NCBI GenBank assembly: GCA_963706025.1
Contig: CAVPLM010000005.1
Coordinates: 512,001 to 576,000, forward strand
Source: an uncultured Actinomycetes bacterium
GTDB taxonomy: Bacteria > Actinomycetota > Thermoleophilia > RBG-16-64-13
Reading direction: 5' to 3'
Length of the DNA: 64,000 nucleotides
A program made the translations under genes and the position numbers. A model generated the notes under the pieces. That model ran no database searches and had not been told where the DNA came from. It saw only the letters and a program-made list of their open reading frames with translations. The stretch's first letter is position 1. Every line of letters starts with the position of its first letter. Shown one piece after another: positions 19,709-29,168 of this stretch.

Positions 19709-19792
19709 GCTTTTTTGTTGCAGTCAAGTGCGGTCCCGATCGCATCGCCCCTCCGCCCTTTGCGCGCTGCTGGCGCGCCAGACACTCCGACG

Positions 19793-20623
19793 CTACTTCT
19801 GACAACCTGGGCAGAAGGCGGTGCCGCGCCCCGTTACCACCACCCGCGTAAGGACAGCCCCGCAGCGCGAGCAGGTCTGTCCCTGTTTTCCGTAGGCCCG
19901 TAGCCACTCCTGAAAGCTTCCGACCTTCCCCTCGGTGTCCACGAAATCGGATATCGAACAGCCCAGTAGCCGCACTCCTTCACCCAGCCGCCGGGGGATC
20001 TCCTCTCCAAGCCTGGCCACCTCCTCCGTTGACAACGAACCGGCGGGCCGGAGTGGCGACAGTCGCGTCCACCAGAGGATCTCGTCGGCGTAGATGTTCC
20101 CGATGCCGGCAAGGTGTCGCTGGTCGAGGAGGAAAGCCTTGAGCGGCGCCTTGCGCCCGCGAAGCCGCTCTCCGAGATAGGCTGTACCCCATACTCCTTG
20201 CCAAGCGTCCGGACCCAGGTTCTTCAGACGAGGCGCCGGCTCGCCGACGGTCAGGTGAAGACGGCCGAACTTGCGCATGTCGCGGAACTCGAGGCGCGCC
20301 CGACGCCCGTCGTCGTCTTTCAGGTAGAAGATGAACCGCGTATGGTCGCTCGAGTCTTCATATGGCTCGGCTTCCACAAGGAGGTTCCCGGTCATTCCCA
20401 GGTGGAGCGTCAAGAACCTGTCTTCGCTCAGGGCCAGGATCAGGAACTTCCCCAGCCGATCCACGCTGTCGACCCGGCTACCGGGCAGCAGATCCCCCAC
20501 CTGCTGCTCCGTGCAGTCCCGCAACATGGCCGGCTCCACCCTCTCCACCGCGTCGAAACGCCTGCCGACCAGAGACACAGCCAACTGGCGCCTGACCGTC
20601 TCGACTTCGGGGAGCTCAGGCAC
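19793..20623 (-). CDS. mutM: Formamidopyrimidine-DNA glycosylase
   Basis: N-terminal PELPEVE, HLGMTG, DMRKFG, AGIGNIYADE, C-terminal CxxC...CxxC zinc finger. Confidence 0.96.
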   Translation of the reverse strand: MPELPEVETVRRQLAVSLVGRRFDAVERVEPAMLRDCTEQQVGDLLPGSRVDSVDRLGKFLILALSEDRFLTLHLGMTGNLLVEAEPYEDSSDHTRFIFYLKDDDGRRARLEFRDMRKFGRLHLTVGEPAPRLKNLGPDAWQGVWGTAYLGERLRGRKAPLKAFLLDQRHLAGIGNIYADEILWWTRLSPLRPAGSLSTEEVARLGEEIPRRLGEGVRLLGCSISDFVDTEGKVGSFQEWLRAYGKQGQTCSRCGAVLTRVVVTGRGTAFCPGCQK

Positions 20624-20634
20624 CTGTGGCCTTC

Positions 20635-22329
20635 CTACATCGTCTCGGGAGCGCTGACCCCCAGAAGGTCCAGACAGCGGAATATGACCCGCTTTGCCAC
20701 CAAGCAGAGAGCGAGTCGCGAGGCAGCCTTGCCGGGTTGCACTCCGATGACGCGGCAATGCTTGTAGAAGACGTGGAAATCGCCGGCCAGTTCTTGCGCG
20801 TAGCCGGCGATGCGGTGCGGGGCCCGCCGTTCGGCGGCGTCCTGCACCACCATCGAGAAGCTCTCCAGTCGCTTGACGAGATCCTTCTCGTAGGGAGAGG
20901 CGAACACGCCTGGGTGGGCCGGGACCGCGGCCTCGACGGCCTCGGGGACGTTGCGCAAGATGCTGGCTATGCGCGCGTGTGCATACTGTACGTAGTAGAC
21001 GGGGTTCTCCTGCGATTGCTGCCGGGCCAGACCGATATCGAGGTCGAGAGTCTGATCGTGGGAACGCATCACCAGGAAGAAGCGAGCCGCGTCCACCCCG
21101 ATGGCCTCGATCAACTCGGCCAAGGTCACCATCTCTCCGCGCCGGGTTGACATCTGTCGGAGTTCACCCTCCTCCAGCAAGTTGACCAGTTGGCCGATGA
21201 TGACCTCCAGCGTGCCCGGCCGGCCGGAGAGGATCTCCACGGCCGCCTTCATACGGGCCACGTAGCCGTGGTGATCGGCTCCCCAGATATTGATCAGATG
21301 CTCGAAGCCACGCTCCAGCTTGTCTTCGTGATAGGCGATGTCCGCGGCAAAATAGGTCGGCTGTTCGTTGCTGCGGATGAGCACCCGGTCCTTGTCGTCT
21401 CCTCGCGAAGAGGTGCGGAGCCAGATCGCATCCCCTTCCCGGTAGGCTTCCCCCTCATCCAGCAGCCGCTCTATCACCCGTTCCAAACGCCCGCTCTCGT
21501 GTAGCGTCGCCTCACTGAACCAGCGGTCGAACACCACCCCGAAACCTTCGAGCTCCGCTTTCATCTCTTCAAGCATGAGGGCGCAACCCCGGGACCGGAA
21601 GAAGCCGACCGCCTCCTCGACCTCCGGGAGCGCCGGCCATTCGGCTGCGCCCGCCGCCGCTAACCGGAGCGCCTCCACCCATCGATCGCCCACCTCGGCG
21701 CGGACCGTGGCGGCGACATCTTTGACGTAATCCCCCTGGTAGCCCTCGTCGGGCACCGGGAGATCGACGGCGAAGGACTGTGCATACCGTGCGGCTACGC
21801 TCCGTCCGAAGCGGTCCATCTGCCGTCCGAAGTCATTGATGTAGAACTCCGCGGAGACGTTGAGGCCGCTGAAGGCGAGGAGACGATGGAGGGAGTCGCC
21901 ATAGGCCGCGTAGCGCCCATGACCCACGTGCAGCGGACCATTGGGGTTCACGCTCACGAATTCCAGATTGATGCGCGGCTGAGAGCGCGCCGGACCCCGG
22001 CCGACGTCGTCTCCCTGCCCCAGCATCTCAGCCGTGGCTTCAGCGTAGGCCGCGCTGCTGAGCGTGAAATTGAGGAAGCCTGGGCCGGCTACCTCGATCT
22101 TGTCGACGAGCCGGGCCAGCTCCGCATCATCCAGCAGACGCCGGCGCAACTCCTCCGCCAGGGCCCGCGGCGCTTGCTTGGCGGTCTTGGCCATCTGCAT
22201 GCAGACAGGGGTGGCATAGTCACCGTGCGCTTCCTCGCTCGGACGAGCGAGCTCGCATGCGGGCACACCGACATAGCCCTGCTCTGCGGCCCACTCCGAG
22301 ACGACCCTCCTTACGTGTTCAGCCAACAC
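20635..22329 (-). CDS. argS: Arginine--tRNA ligase
   Basis: AGPGFLNF, EFVSVNPNGPLHVGH, WGADHHGY, MSTRRG, YVQYAHAR. Confidence 0.97.
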   Translation of the reverse strand: MLAEHVRRVVSEWAAEQGYVGVPACELARPSEEAHGDYATPVCMQMAKTAKQAPRALAEELRRRLLDDAELARLVDKIEVAGPGFLNFTLSSAAYAEATAEMLGQGDDVGRGPARSQPRINLEFVSVNPNGPLHVGHGRYAAYGDSLHRLLAFSGLNVSAEFYINDFGRQMDRFGRSVAARYAQSFAVDLPVPDEGYQGDYVKDVAATVRAEVGDRWVEALRLAAAGAAEWPALPEVEEAVGFFRSRGCALMLEEMKAELEGFGVVFDRWFSEATLHESGRLERVIERLLDEGEAYREGDAIWLRTSSRGDDKDRVLIRSNEQPTYFAADIAYHEDKLERGFEHLINIWGADHHGYVARMKAAVEILSGRPGTLEVIIGQLVNLLEEGELRQMSTRRGEMVTLAELIEAIGVDAARFFLVMRSHDQTLDLDIGLARQQSQENPVYYVQYAHARIASILRNVPEAVEAAVPAHPGVFASPYEKDLVKRLESFSMVVQDAAERRAPHRIAGYAQELAGDFHVFYKHCRVIGVQPGKAASRLALCLVAKRVIFRCLDLLGVSAPETM

Positions 22330-22344
22330 CTTCCGCGGTCCTCC

Positions 22345-23367
22345 CTATTCCACGCGGGTGGGAGGGGCACCGATCAGCTCCTCCAGCTTGGTTATCTCCG
22401 GCGGCGTGCCGATGGCGATAATCTTGTCGCCCGGGTCCAACGGCAGGTCCGGGGAGGGGTTCGTGTCGAAGACCCCGCTGTGGGTACGCCGTACCGCGAG
22501 GATCGTGGCTCCCGTCCGCTCGCGTATGCGCAGGTCCTTGATCGACTGGCCGATGGCACAACACTGTGCGTTCAGCTCGAACTCCTCAAGCCGGAACTCC
22601 AATTCGCCACCGCCGGTGACCACTTCCAGGTAGTCGCTGACCAGTGGTTTGAGCATCAGCGTGGCCATCCGCCTGCCCCCTATCCCATAGGGTGACACCA
22701 CGTGGTCGGCCCCAGCCCGTTCGAGCTTGCTCTGGGTGTCCTCGGAGCCGGCCCGGGCGACGATGAGCAACCCCGGATTCAGCACCCGAGCCGAAAGAGT
22801 CACGAAGATGTTTCCAGCGTCAGACCCCACGGCAGCCACCAGACCCCTGGCCCGGGTGATGCCTGCCGCTTCGAGCACGTCGTCGGCTGCGGCGTCTCCA
22901 CGAACCGCCAGGAATCCCTCGGCCTCAGCCCGGGAAAGAACCTCGGGATCCTCGTCCACTACCACGAACTTGGCGCCGCTCCTCAGGAACTGTCGCGCCA
23001 CGCTCTCGCCCACGCGACCGTAGCCACATATGATGTAATGCTCCTCCAATCTGTCCACCTGCCGCTTCACCACCCTCCTCCGGAACGCGCCCGTGAGCTG
23101 ACCCCCGACTACGAACTCCCCCATGGCTCCTATGCCATAGAGTATGGTCCCCACCCCGCCGAAGATCAGCAGCAAGGTGAAGATCGACCCTGCAGACGAC
23201 AAGGGGTGGACTTCCCCGAAACCCACCGTGAAGATGGTGGTCACGGTCATGTAGAGCGAGTCTAGCAGGCCCCAACCCTCGATCAGCACAAAGCCGATCG
23301 TGCCGATCACCACGACAGCGAGGATCGCCGCGAGAACGACGAGCCCGGTCTTCAGTTCCTGTCGCAT
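22345..23367 (-). CDS. Potassium channel with TrkA-N/TrkA-C (RCK) domains
   Basis: TVGFG filter between two TM helices, ICGYGRVG. Confidence 0.9.
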   Translation of the reverse strand: MRQELKTGLVVLAAILAVVVIGTIGFVLIEGWGLLDSLYMTVTTIFTVGFGEVHPLSSAGSIFTLLLIFGGVGTILYGIGAMGEFVVGGQLTGAFRRRVVKRQVDRLEEHYIICGYGRVGESVARQFLRSGAKFVVVDEDPEVLSRAEAEGFLAVRGDAAADDVLEAAGITRARGLVAAVGSDAGNIFVTLSARVLNPGLLIVARAGSEDTQSKLERAGADHVVSPYGIGGRRMATLMLKPLVSDYLEVVTGGGELEFRLEEFELNAQCCAIGQSIKDLRIRERTGATILAVRRTHSGVFDTNPSPDLPLDPGDKIIAIGTPPEITKLEELIGAPPTRVE

Positions 23368-23387
23368 CCGATCGCCGGTCTTCTTCC

Positions 23388-23849
23388 TTAGTGATGGTAG
23401 GGCTCGCCCCGCTCGATCTTCAGCGCCCTATAGAGTTGCTCCAGGACTATGCACCGGGCCATCTGATGAGGGAACGTGAGCGCAGAAAGCGACCATTGCG
23501 CCTGCGTGGCTGAGAGCACGCTCCGGTCAAGCCCGACGGCGCCTCCCAGTATAAACTGGAAGTGACTCAAGCCGTGCACCTTCCTGTCGGCCAGTAATGC
23601 GCTCCATTCCTCTGAAGAGTATTCCCGACCGCGGCTGTCGACGGCCACAGTGAAAGCCTCCGGGCGCAGGAGAGCAAGGAGCGCACTGCTCTCCCTGGCC
23701 CGCACCTGCTCGGTCGTGAGAGATCGTGGCGCCTCGGGAGTCTCGAGCACCTCTAGTTGAAGGTAGGGCCGCACCAAGTCCGCGTAGTGCCGCCAGATGG
23801 GGTGGTACTCACGAGCGAGGCGGCCCACACAGACCAGGGTCGCGCGCAT
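23388..23849 (-). CDS. rlmH: 23S rRNA pseudouridine-1915 N3-methyltransferase
   Basis: FILGGAVG, SLSALTFPHQMAR, EQLYRA, GEPYHH. Confidence 0.95.
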   Translation of the reverse strand: MRATLVCVGRLAREYHPIWRHYADLVRPYLQLEVLETPEAPRSLTTEQVRARESSALLALLRPEAFTVAVDSRGREYSSEEWSALLADRKVHGLSHFQFILGGAVGLDRSVLSATQAQWSLSALTFPHQMARCIVLEQLYRALKIERGEPYHH

Positions 23850-23855
23850 GATCCG

Positions 23856-24548
23856 TCAGATGAAAGGAAGCTCGTCGGTGTCATCTTCGTCGAGTGCATC
23901 GGACCGGCGCAGACGACGGAAGATGGGGTCCTTCAAGATGCTGGGCATGTTCCGCCACAGACACAAGTCCGCTTTGAGGTAGCGTTCCTTGATCTCGGGC
24001 GAGCACTCCAGAGTGCAGGTGAGGCAGAACTCCTCCTCCACCGATATTTTCTCGCGCCCGGGTCGCTCCCCCTCGTCCACACGACGATATGCCTCGAGGA
24101 GGAGGTTCTCGACGTTGATGGAAGGGATCACATTGAACTGGACCGGTCGCGAAGGTACGACGAATCGAAACGTGCCGGTATTCCAGTACATGAGCTGCAT
24201 GATCTGGTCGGCGGTATGACGGTTGACGATCTCGACCAGGACTTCCGGCTCCGCCTCGGCCGCATCAAGAAGAGCCGCCAGTACCGGCTGCTCCTCGTCG
24301 GCCTGGGAGTATCTCATCCAGCATTCCTTCGCCTTGCTCTCTGCGAGAGTCCCTGTAGCCACCAGTTTCGCTCCCAGCGCCTCATCGGAGAGCGGCATGC
24401 TGATGGCGTCGATCCGCCCATTGGAAAGATATATGGCTCCGAACTCCTCGAAATCCTGGATCTCGAGCACTCCCGACCTCCGTTGGGAGGCAAGGAACTG
24501 GAGGATGCTAAAGAGTGGGAACTCCCGGATGTTGCCCCAGAGGATCAT
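23856..24548 (-). CDS. DUF4388 (PatA-N-like) domain protein with a Cys-rich tail
   Basis: LWGNIREFPLFSILQFLA..RRSGVL, W.TGTFRF, NLLLEAYRRVDE. Confidence 0.75.
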   Translation of the reverse strand: MILWGNIREFPLFSILQFLASQRRSGVLEIQDFEEFGAIYLSNGRIDAISMPLSDEALGAKLVATGTLAESKAKECWMRYSQADEEQPVLAALLDAAEAEPEVLVEIVNRHTADQIMQLMYWNTGTFRFVVPSRPVQFNVIPSINVENLLLEAYRRVDEGERPGREKISVEEEFCLTCTLECSPEIKERYLKADLCLWRNMPSILKDPIFRRLRRSDALDEDDTDELPFI

Positions 24549-24635
24549 GTCCAGATTCTAACCCAAAGTGCACCGGGGTTGTGGGGTCGACGCGCGTTGC
24601 TAGGCAAACCATCGATCCGGGCTTGCTCAGAAGGC

Positions 24636-24664
24636 TTGACACAACGGGTCCCAGCACCCAAAAT
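24636..24664 (+). promoter_or_regulatory. Putative sigma70 promoter of DUF485-actP
   Basis: TTGACA-N17-CAAAAT. Confidence 0.5.
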
Positions 24665-24738
24665 ACCGGGCACCTGTTCACATGAGGCGAAGGGGAAAAC
24701 CGGGTCGGTGACGACCATCACTCAATTGGGGGACGCGC

Positions 24739-25020
24739 ATGCTCCATGAACCAGCGACAGTACACGGGGTAGACGAAGCGGCTGCCTACAAGAAACGCCT
24801 TGGGCTGTGGATGTTGCTCTTCTATAGCGTTCTGTACATCATCTTCATCATCATCAACGTCGTCTGGCCAAAGTCCATGGGCACCATCGTGGTGTACGGG
24901 CTGAACCTCGCGATCGTCTACGGCTTTGCGCTGATCATCATAGCCTTTCTCCTAGCTATCGCCTACAACTGGCTGTGCACCAGGCACGAGAAGTCGTTCG
25001 AAGGCGAGGAGAAGGCCTAG
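24739..25020 (+). CDS. DUF485 (YjcH-like) small membrane protein
   Basis: Two TM helices, GLNLAIVYG; lies immediately upstream of actP. Confidence 0.85.
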   Translation: MLHEPATVHGVDEAAAYKKRLGLWMLLFYSVLYIIFIIINVVWPKSMGTIVVYGLNLAIVYGFALIIIAFLLAIAYNWLCTRHEKSFEGEEKA

Positions 25021-25021
25021 C

Positions 25022-27010
25022 ATGAATACGGTAGAGCCTCTCGCCATCATCATCTTCCTGTTGATCGTCGGCCTGGTCCTCTTCGTCTCTTTCTATACCG
25101 CACGCAGAGCCAGGTCCGCCAGCGGCTACTACGCAGCCGGGGGACGGATACACTGGGGAGTCAACGGTATCGCCTTCGCCGGCGATTACTTGTCTGCGGC
25201 TTCCTTCCTCGGCATCTGCGGTCTTATCGCCGTCTCCGGCTACGACGGGTTTCTCTACTCGATCGGCTACTTGGCCGGCTGGGTGGTCGCCCTGTTCGTC
25301 GTGGCGGAGCCGCTCAGGCGGCTCGGTCGCTACACGTTCACCGACGCTCTCGACGCCAAGTTCAACAAGCGCAGCGTGAAGCTCATGGCCGCGATCGCCA
25401 CGCTTATCGTGTCCATCTTCTACCTCATCCCTCAGATGGTGGGGGCAGGAGTGCTCATCGAGCCGCTCCTGGGCTTCCCTTACTGGGCGGGGGTAGTCTT
25501 GGTCGGCGCGATCGTCATAACCATCGTGGCCACTGCGGGAATGACTTCCACGACCTACGTGCAGTTCATCAAAGGCTCGCTCCTCATCGTCTTCGTCCTC
25601 GTGATCGTGGTGGCACTCTGCATACGCGGTTTTTCCACCGAGCCTGATCAGGGAGGCAGAGTCCCCTTCCATCACTACAAGACCATCACCGCGACGGAGA
25701 CCAACGGCACGATAACTCCGGACGACACCACCTACGAGGTTGTCGGCCAGCAAGACGTAACGGTCAAGGATAAGACCACCACGTTCGTCAAGCTCGACAG
25801 AGACGGGGTCGCCACCTGGTGGAAGATGACCACCGGCGATTCCGGAGTCGCGCTCCACGAGACGCAGGAGGTGGTGATCAAGGAGGACGGGACCAAGTAC
25901 GTCAACGGTGCTCCCGTGACCGACGACAATCAGTTGAGGCAGGTCAGCCACATGAGTCTCATCGCCGGCGAGACATACACCGACGGTGGCGCCGTGAATC
26001 CCTTCAAGTTCCTCGCCCTGATCGGCGATCCTGAGTCCACCATCAACCTATGGAAGAAGGCCGCGTTCGAGGACGGCGGCGACCAGGTGTCTGTGTACTA
26101 CTCGGTGCCTGTCTCGGGCGACACGGTAGTCAAACCGGGTCAATCGTTCAAGCTCGAGGGCTCGGTCCTGGACCGGGTCGACTTCGTCTCCCTCATGATC
26201 GCTCTCTTCCTGGGAACAGCCGCGCTGCCACACATCCTCATACGCTACTACACCGTGCCCAGCCAGAGAGCGGCCCGCAAGTCGACGGTGGTCGCCATCG
26301 CCGCGATCGGCTTTTTCTACATACTCACACTCTTCATGGGCCTCGGGGCCATGACGAGCAACACGGTGAATGTTTTGGACAACAACATGTCGGCGCCGCT
26401 TCTGGCTCGATCGTTCGGGACCTTCCTGTTCGCCATGATCTCGGCCATCGCCTTCGCGACCGTCCTCGGGACCGTGAGCGGCCTGATCATCGCCGCCTCC
26501 GGCGCGGTCGCCCACGATCTCATGGACCGCTTCGGCGGCTTGATCAAAAACGACAAACAGAAAGTGGTCGCAGGACGGGTCGCCGCCTTTGTGGTGGGAG
26601 CCATCGCGATCCTTCTCGGCATAGCGTTCCAGGGCATCAACGTGTCTTTCTTGGTGGGTCTTGCCTTTGCGGTGGCTGCGTCGGCGAACCTGCCCTGCAT
26701 CATCATGATGCTCTTCTGGAAGCGAACTACATCGAAGGGTATGGTCGCGTCCATCATCGTGGGCATCGTGGCTTCGGTGGGCATCATCGTGTTCTCGCCT
26801 ACAGCGTGGGAGCTCTACGGACTCAATCCCGCCGATGCCCCCATCCCTCTCAAGAACCCGGGCATCATCTCCATCCCGCTGAGCTTCATCGCCATATATC
26901 TGGTGTCGAAGTTCACCAAGCCCGACATGATGGAGGAGCACCCGGTGACGGGACAGTACTCTGTTGCGGGGTCTCAGGGAGCTGTCGCGGAGACCGCGCC
27001 GGCCGAATAG
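25022..27010 (+). CDS. actP: Cation/acetate symporter (SSS family) with a large soluble insertion
   Basis: NGIAFAGDYLSAASFLG, FYLIPQMVGAG, TTYVQFIKG, GTAALPHILIRYYTVP, AASANLP. Confidence 0.92.
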   Translation: MNTVEPLAIIIFLLIVGLVLFVSFYTARRARSASGYYAAGGRIHWGVNGIAFAGDYLSAASFLGICGLIAVSGYDGFLYSIGYLAGWVVALFVVAEPLRRLGRYTFTDALDAKFNKRSVKLMAAIATLIVSIFYLIPQMVGAGVLIEPLLGFPYWAGVVLVGAIVITIVATAGMTSTTYVQFIKGSLLIVFVLVIVVALCIRGFSTEPDQGGRVPFHHYKTITATETNGTITPDDTTYEVVGQQDVTVKDKTTTFVKLDRDGVATWWKMTTGDSGVALHETQEVVIKEDGTKYVNGAPVTDDNQLRQVSHMSLIAGETYTDGGAVNPFKFLALIGDPESTINLWKKAAFEDGGDQVSVYYSVPVSGDTVVKPGQSFKLEGSVLDRVDFVSLMIALFLGTAALPHILIRYYTVPSQRAARKSTVVAIAAIGFFYILTLFMGLGAMTSNTVNVLDNNMSAPLLARSFGTFLFAMISAIAFATVLGTVSGLIIAASGAVAHDLMDRFGGLIKNDKQKVVAGRVAAFVVGAIAILLGIAFQGINVSFLVGLAFAVAASANLPCIIMMLFWKRTTSKGMVASIIVGIVASVGIIVFSPTAWELYGLNPADAPIPLKNPGIISIPLSFIAIYLVSKFTKPDMMEEHPVTGQYSVAGSQGAVAETAPAE

Positions 27011-27031
27011 ACCCAGCTTGACGTCTGAAGG

Positions 27032-27071
27032 GAGAGGCCGCCGGATGCGATCCCGCATCCGGCGGCCTCTC
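27032..27071. terminator. Hairpin between convergent actP and satP
   Basis: gagaggccgccggatgcg-atcc-cgcatccggcggcctctc, a perfect 18-bp stem. Confidence 0.8.
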
Positions 27072-27093
27072 GACTTCCAGGGAGTGCGCGCTC

Positions 27094-28149
27094 CTAGAAC
27101 ACGTCTTTGGCAGTGAGGGGAGCTCCGGTGTAACCGGCGCTCGCATAGTAGACCGCTCTGTCGAAGAACCTGCCCAGCTCGCGGTTGAGGTCCACCGCCT
27201 TCTGCAGATCCATGGCCGACTCCCATACCCCGTGGGTACGGGCCGACATCCATATCTCCCGTTTCAACAGCAGGATGGCGCTTATCAACTCAGGCAAAGG
27301 CAGTCCCTGGGCGGCTCTTGTCGTCCCGAGCCGGTGGAAGAACTCGCCTATGTCGGCCTCGGTGGGCTTGCCGGTGAAGTACTCGTCCACCTGGGTTAGG
27401 GCGAACTCACCTGCGCCTATCAGTTCGGCATCCGACACCACTCCGTACGAAGGCGTTTGCGGACTGCGCCGCAGGCTGTCCAGCCACAGAGTGGCTATCT
27501 CTTCCCCGTAATCCTGCACGAAGCCCCTCGAAAGCTGGCTGACGGGGCCCAGCGGCAGCAGAACCCGCTTGTAAGTCTCATTGAGTATCTGGGCACAGGC
27601 GGCATAGACCGCCGCAAGTCCGGTGATGATGCCTTCGTAGCCGGCGATCGTCCCCCAGACTGCTCCGCCTCCGAAATCGCGGATGGCGAGAAGGAAGAAA
27701 AGGATGGCCAGGAGGGCGAAGACCACCTGCAGGGCCCGATTGAGCTTGAGGGTGCCTACGAACATGTAGGCCGTGAAGAGCCCCCAGAAAACGAAGTACC
27801 AGGCCAGGGCGGTCTCGCTCGGTTTGGCGGCCGCGGCTGTGTCCGGAAAGATCGACGGGAGAAGCCAGATTCCCGCCAGCGTCAACCAGAACAACCCGTA
27901 TGAAGTGAAGGCCAGGGTCCCGAAGGTGTTGTTCTTCCGCCACTCCATGATCCCGGCGACGATCTGGGCCACACCGCCGTAGAAGATGCCCATGGCCAGG
28001 ATCATGGCGTTCAGCTCATAGAATCCTGCATTGTGGATATTGAGGAGGACGGTCGTGAGGCCGAACCCCATCAGCCCCAACGGAGCGGGGTTGGCGTTAG
28101 TGTCGAGCAGTTTGGTGACCGTTTCGGTCGAGATTAGTCCGTTCGCCAT
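27094..28149 (-). CDS. satP: Acetate channel SatP (GPR1/FUN34/YaaH) fused to a C-terminal RsbRD_N/HisK_N-like helical domain
   Basis: [30 protein letters not shown]. After VLLPLG come about 145 extra aa (EEIA..W...TPSY...LG..RA.QG.PL.E...L.K..IW...FFDRAVYY...GY). Confidence 0.85.
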   Translation of the reverse strand: MANGLISTETVTKLLDTNANPAPLGLMGFGLTTVLLNIHNAGFYELNAMILAMGIFYGGVAQIVAGIMEWRKNNTFGTLAFTSYGLFWLTLAGIWLLPSIFPDTAAAAKPSETALAWYFVFWGLFTAYMFVGTLKLNRALQVVFALLAILFFLLAIRDFGGGAVWGTIAGYEGIITGLAAVYAACAQILNETYKRVLLPLGPVSQLSRGFVQDYGEEIATLWLDSLRRSPQTPSYGVVSDAELIGAGEFALTQVDEYFTGKPTEADIGEFFHRLGTTRAAQGLPLPELISAILLLKREIWMSARTHGVWESAMDLQKAVDLNRELGRFFDRAVYYASAGYTGAPLTAKDVF

Positions 28150-28366
28150 CTACCAAGTACCTCCCATTGTGCCCACACGACCGTGTGCCCGTGATCAGTC
28201 ACCGACCGTCCCACCGCCAGGTTCCGGGCCGGACCGGTCGACACTATACTCGCGACCGGCAGGACTTGTCCACCCGAGTCGGATTTCTTGTAAAATGTTT
28301 TGGCCTCGTCGCGAGATGTGCCGGGGGTAATAAGAGTCCAATCAGAACGACGTCAAGAGAGACACC

Positions 28367-29134
28367 ATGACTGACATCATTCGGGTTGACCTGCACTGCC
28401 ATTCGTCGGCGAGCGACGGAGATCATTCGCCGGGCTACGTAGCCCACCAGTTGGCTACCGCCGGTGTAGTCTGGGCCTCCCTCGCCGATCACAATACGGT
28501 CGGGGGACTGGAGCGTTTCCGAGCGGCCGTCGAGAGACGAGGGATGCGCTATATCCCAGGCGTGGAGATGCATGCCCGGTCGCCCAAAGGGCCCGTGCAC
28601 CTGCTGGGCTATGGGGTCGACCCTGAGAACCAGCCTCTGCTGAGCGCATTACAGATACTGCGTCAACCCTGGCGGACTTCGGCCCGCCAGAGGCTCGCAC
28701 GAGTGTTCTCCCGGGGCAGGAGCGAGACACCAGAGACGGCGACCCGCCCCCCGGACGACGGTGATCCGTCACCCCAACACCAGCCCGACACTGCCGAGTC
28801 CATCCGTCTCATCCACCAGGCGGGAGGACGCGTCCTTCTAGCCCACCCGCTTGCAGGCCTGAAGACGATCGAGCGGCTCGAGGAATACCTGGACTGGCTA
28901 CAACCTCAGGGGCTAGACGGTATCGAGGCCTTCTACAAGTTGTACTTCCGCAGCACACAGCAGGAACTGCTGGAGCTCGCAGAACGCCGTGGCCTGCTGA
29001 CGACCGGTGGCAGCGATTTCCACGGGCTTCACAACCATGATGGAACCAGTCCCGGCGTCGAAATGCCGTTGGAGCAGCTGGAACGCTTTGTGGCAGCGGT
29101 GGGACTCCGACAAGAGCAGGATCTTGTTACCTGA
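28367..29134 (+). CDS. PHP-domain phosphoesterase
   Basis: DLHCHSSASDG, ADHNT, GVE, HLLGY, AHP, GGSDFHG. Confidence 0.9.
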   Translation: MTDIIRVDLHCHSSASDGDHSPGYVAHQLATAGVVWASLADHNTVGGLERFRAAVERRGMRYIPGVEMHARSPKGPVHLLGYGVDPENQPLLSALQILRQPWRTSARQRLARVFSRGRSETPETATRPPDDGDPSPQHQPDTAESIRLIHQAGGRVLLAHPLAGLKTIERLEEYLDWLQPQGLDGIEAFYKLYFRSTQQELLELAERRGLLTTGGSDFHGLHNHDGTSPGVEMPLEQLERFVAAVGLRQEQDLVT

Positions 29135-29168
29135 GGCGACCACGGTTAGCCGATCCTAAGGGGGAACG

